Of a DNA stretch of 63,323 nt, positions 62,163 through 63,323 are shown one piece after another (the stretch's first letter is position 1; the number at the start of each line of letters is the position of its first letter). Source of the DNA: Gekko japonicus (lineage: Eukaryota); the NCBI RefSeq assembly GCF_001447785.1, contig NW_015168044.1, positions 2,775,343 to 2,838,665 on the forward strand. The letters are read 5' to 3'. Below the pieces are notes generated by a model. It made no database searches, was not told where the DNA came from, and saw only the letters and a list, made by a program, of their open reading frames with translations. Position numbers and translations under genes: made by a program.

Positions 62163-63323
62163 ATTTGTTCTTCAGTCGCACAGTCGAGTCCGACTCTTCG
62201 CGACCCCATGGACCAGATCACGCCAGGCCTTCCTGTCTTCCGCTGTCCTCTGAAGTTGGCTCAATTTCATGTTCGTTGCATCTATGACACTGTCTAACCA
62301 TCTCATCCTTTGCCGTCCCCATCTTCTTTGACCTTCAATCTTTCCCAGCATCAGAGTCTTCTCCAGTGAGTGCTCCCTTCTCATTTGGTGGCCAAAGTGT
62401 TTGAGCTTCAGTTTCATTATCTGGCCTTCGAGGGAACAGTCAGGGTTGATTTCTTTTAGGATTGACTGATTTGATCTTCTTGCAGTCCAAGGGACTCTCA
62501 AGAGTCTTCTCCAGCACCATACTTCAAAAGAATCTATTCTTCAGCGCTCAGCCTTCCTTATAGTCCAACTCTTGTAGCCATACATGACTACTTGGAATAC
62601 CATTGCTTTGACCATGCGGACTTTTGTTAGCAGGGTGATGTCTCTACTTTTTATCATGCTTTTTAGGTTCACCATCGCTTTCCTCCCAAGGANNNNNNNN
62701 NNNNNNNNNNNNNNNNNNNNNNNNNNNNNNNNNNNNNNNNNNNNNNNNNNNNNNNNNNNNNNNNNNNNNNNNNNNNNNNNNNNNNNNNNNNNNNNNNNNN
62801 NNNNNNNNNNNNNNNNNNNNNNNNNNNNNNNNNNNNNNNNNNNNNNNNNNNNNNNNNNNNNNNNNNNNNNNNNNNNNNNNNNNNNNNNNNNNNNNNNNNN
62901 NNNNNNNNNNNNNNNNNNNNNNNNNNNNNNNNNNNNNNNNNNNNNNNNNNNNNNNNNNNNNNNNNNNNNNNNNNNNNNNNNNNNNNNNNNNNNNNNNNNN
63001 NNNNNNNNNNNNNNNNNNNNNNNNNNNNNNNNNNNNNNNNNNNNNNNNNNNNNNNNNNNNNNNNNNNNNNNNNNNNNNNNNNNNNNNNNNNNNNNNNNNN
63101 NNNNNNNNNNNNNNNNNNNNNNNNNNNNNNNNNNNNNNNNNNNNNNNNNNNNNNNNNNNNNNNNNNNNNNNNNNNNNTCTCTTTAAGGCCCTGCCATAGT
63201 TTGTTGTGATCCACACAGTCAAAGGCTTTAGCATAGTCAATGAAGCAGAAGTAGATGTTTTTCTGGTACTCTCTTGCTTTCTCCATAATCCAGCGAATAT
63301 TGGCAATTTGATCTCTCATTCCT
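62163..63323 (-). mobile_element. BovB (RTE) LINE spanning an assembly gap
   Basis: RDQIANIRWIMEKAREYQKNIYFCFIDYAKAFDCVDHNKLW (RT domain) and MRVPWTARRSNQ...KSRTRLCD; nearly the same sequence as 1-603, in inverted orientation. Confidence 0.95.

Noticed and set aside
62584-63319. 200-220 aa ORFs
   Set aside because: Mostly N-gap read-through within the BovB element.
34490-63323. PIWIL2 or a PTEN-like gene downstream
   Set aside because: No recognisable PAZ/PIWI or phosphatase exons in any frame examined.

Overview
Vertebrate genomic DNA, almost certainly squamate and probably gecko (inferred from BovB LINEs, a Sauria SINE, Squam3-like and 5S-derived SINEs, abundant hAT MITEs and Penelope remnants), with several N gaps. 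Four intact protein-coding genes can be built by hand. (1) POLR3D/RPC4 (+): 8 coding exons at 14885-34489, 395 aa, CpG/YY1 promoter near 11.7-11.9 kb, one intron that must use a GC donor. (2) A divergent single-coding-exon profilin (-, 38186-38629). (3) An intact, intronless PARP11 (+, 39934-40905), probably a retrogene, head-to-head with the profilin. (4) A 9-coding-exon ATAD1/Msp1 AAA ATPase (-, 41472-52749, 381 aa) that resembles zebrafish atad1a rather than mammalian ATAD1. The profilin/PARP11/atad1a cluster sits where mammals have PIWIL2 and is the main novelty candidate. Secondary observations are a candidate poison micro-exon in POLR3D intron 2, a core-intact minimal hammerhead ribozyme in an atad1a intron, several hAT MITEs with exact 8-bp TSDs, and inverted BovB copies at both window ends. 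Protein comparisons are from recall, not from a database search.
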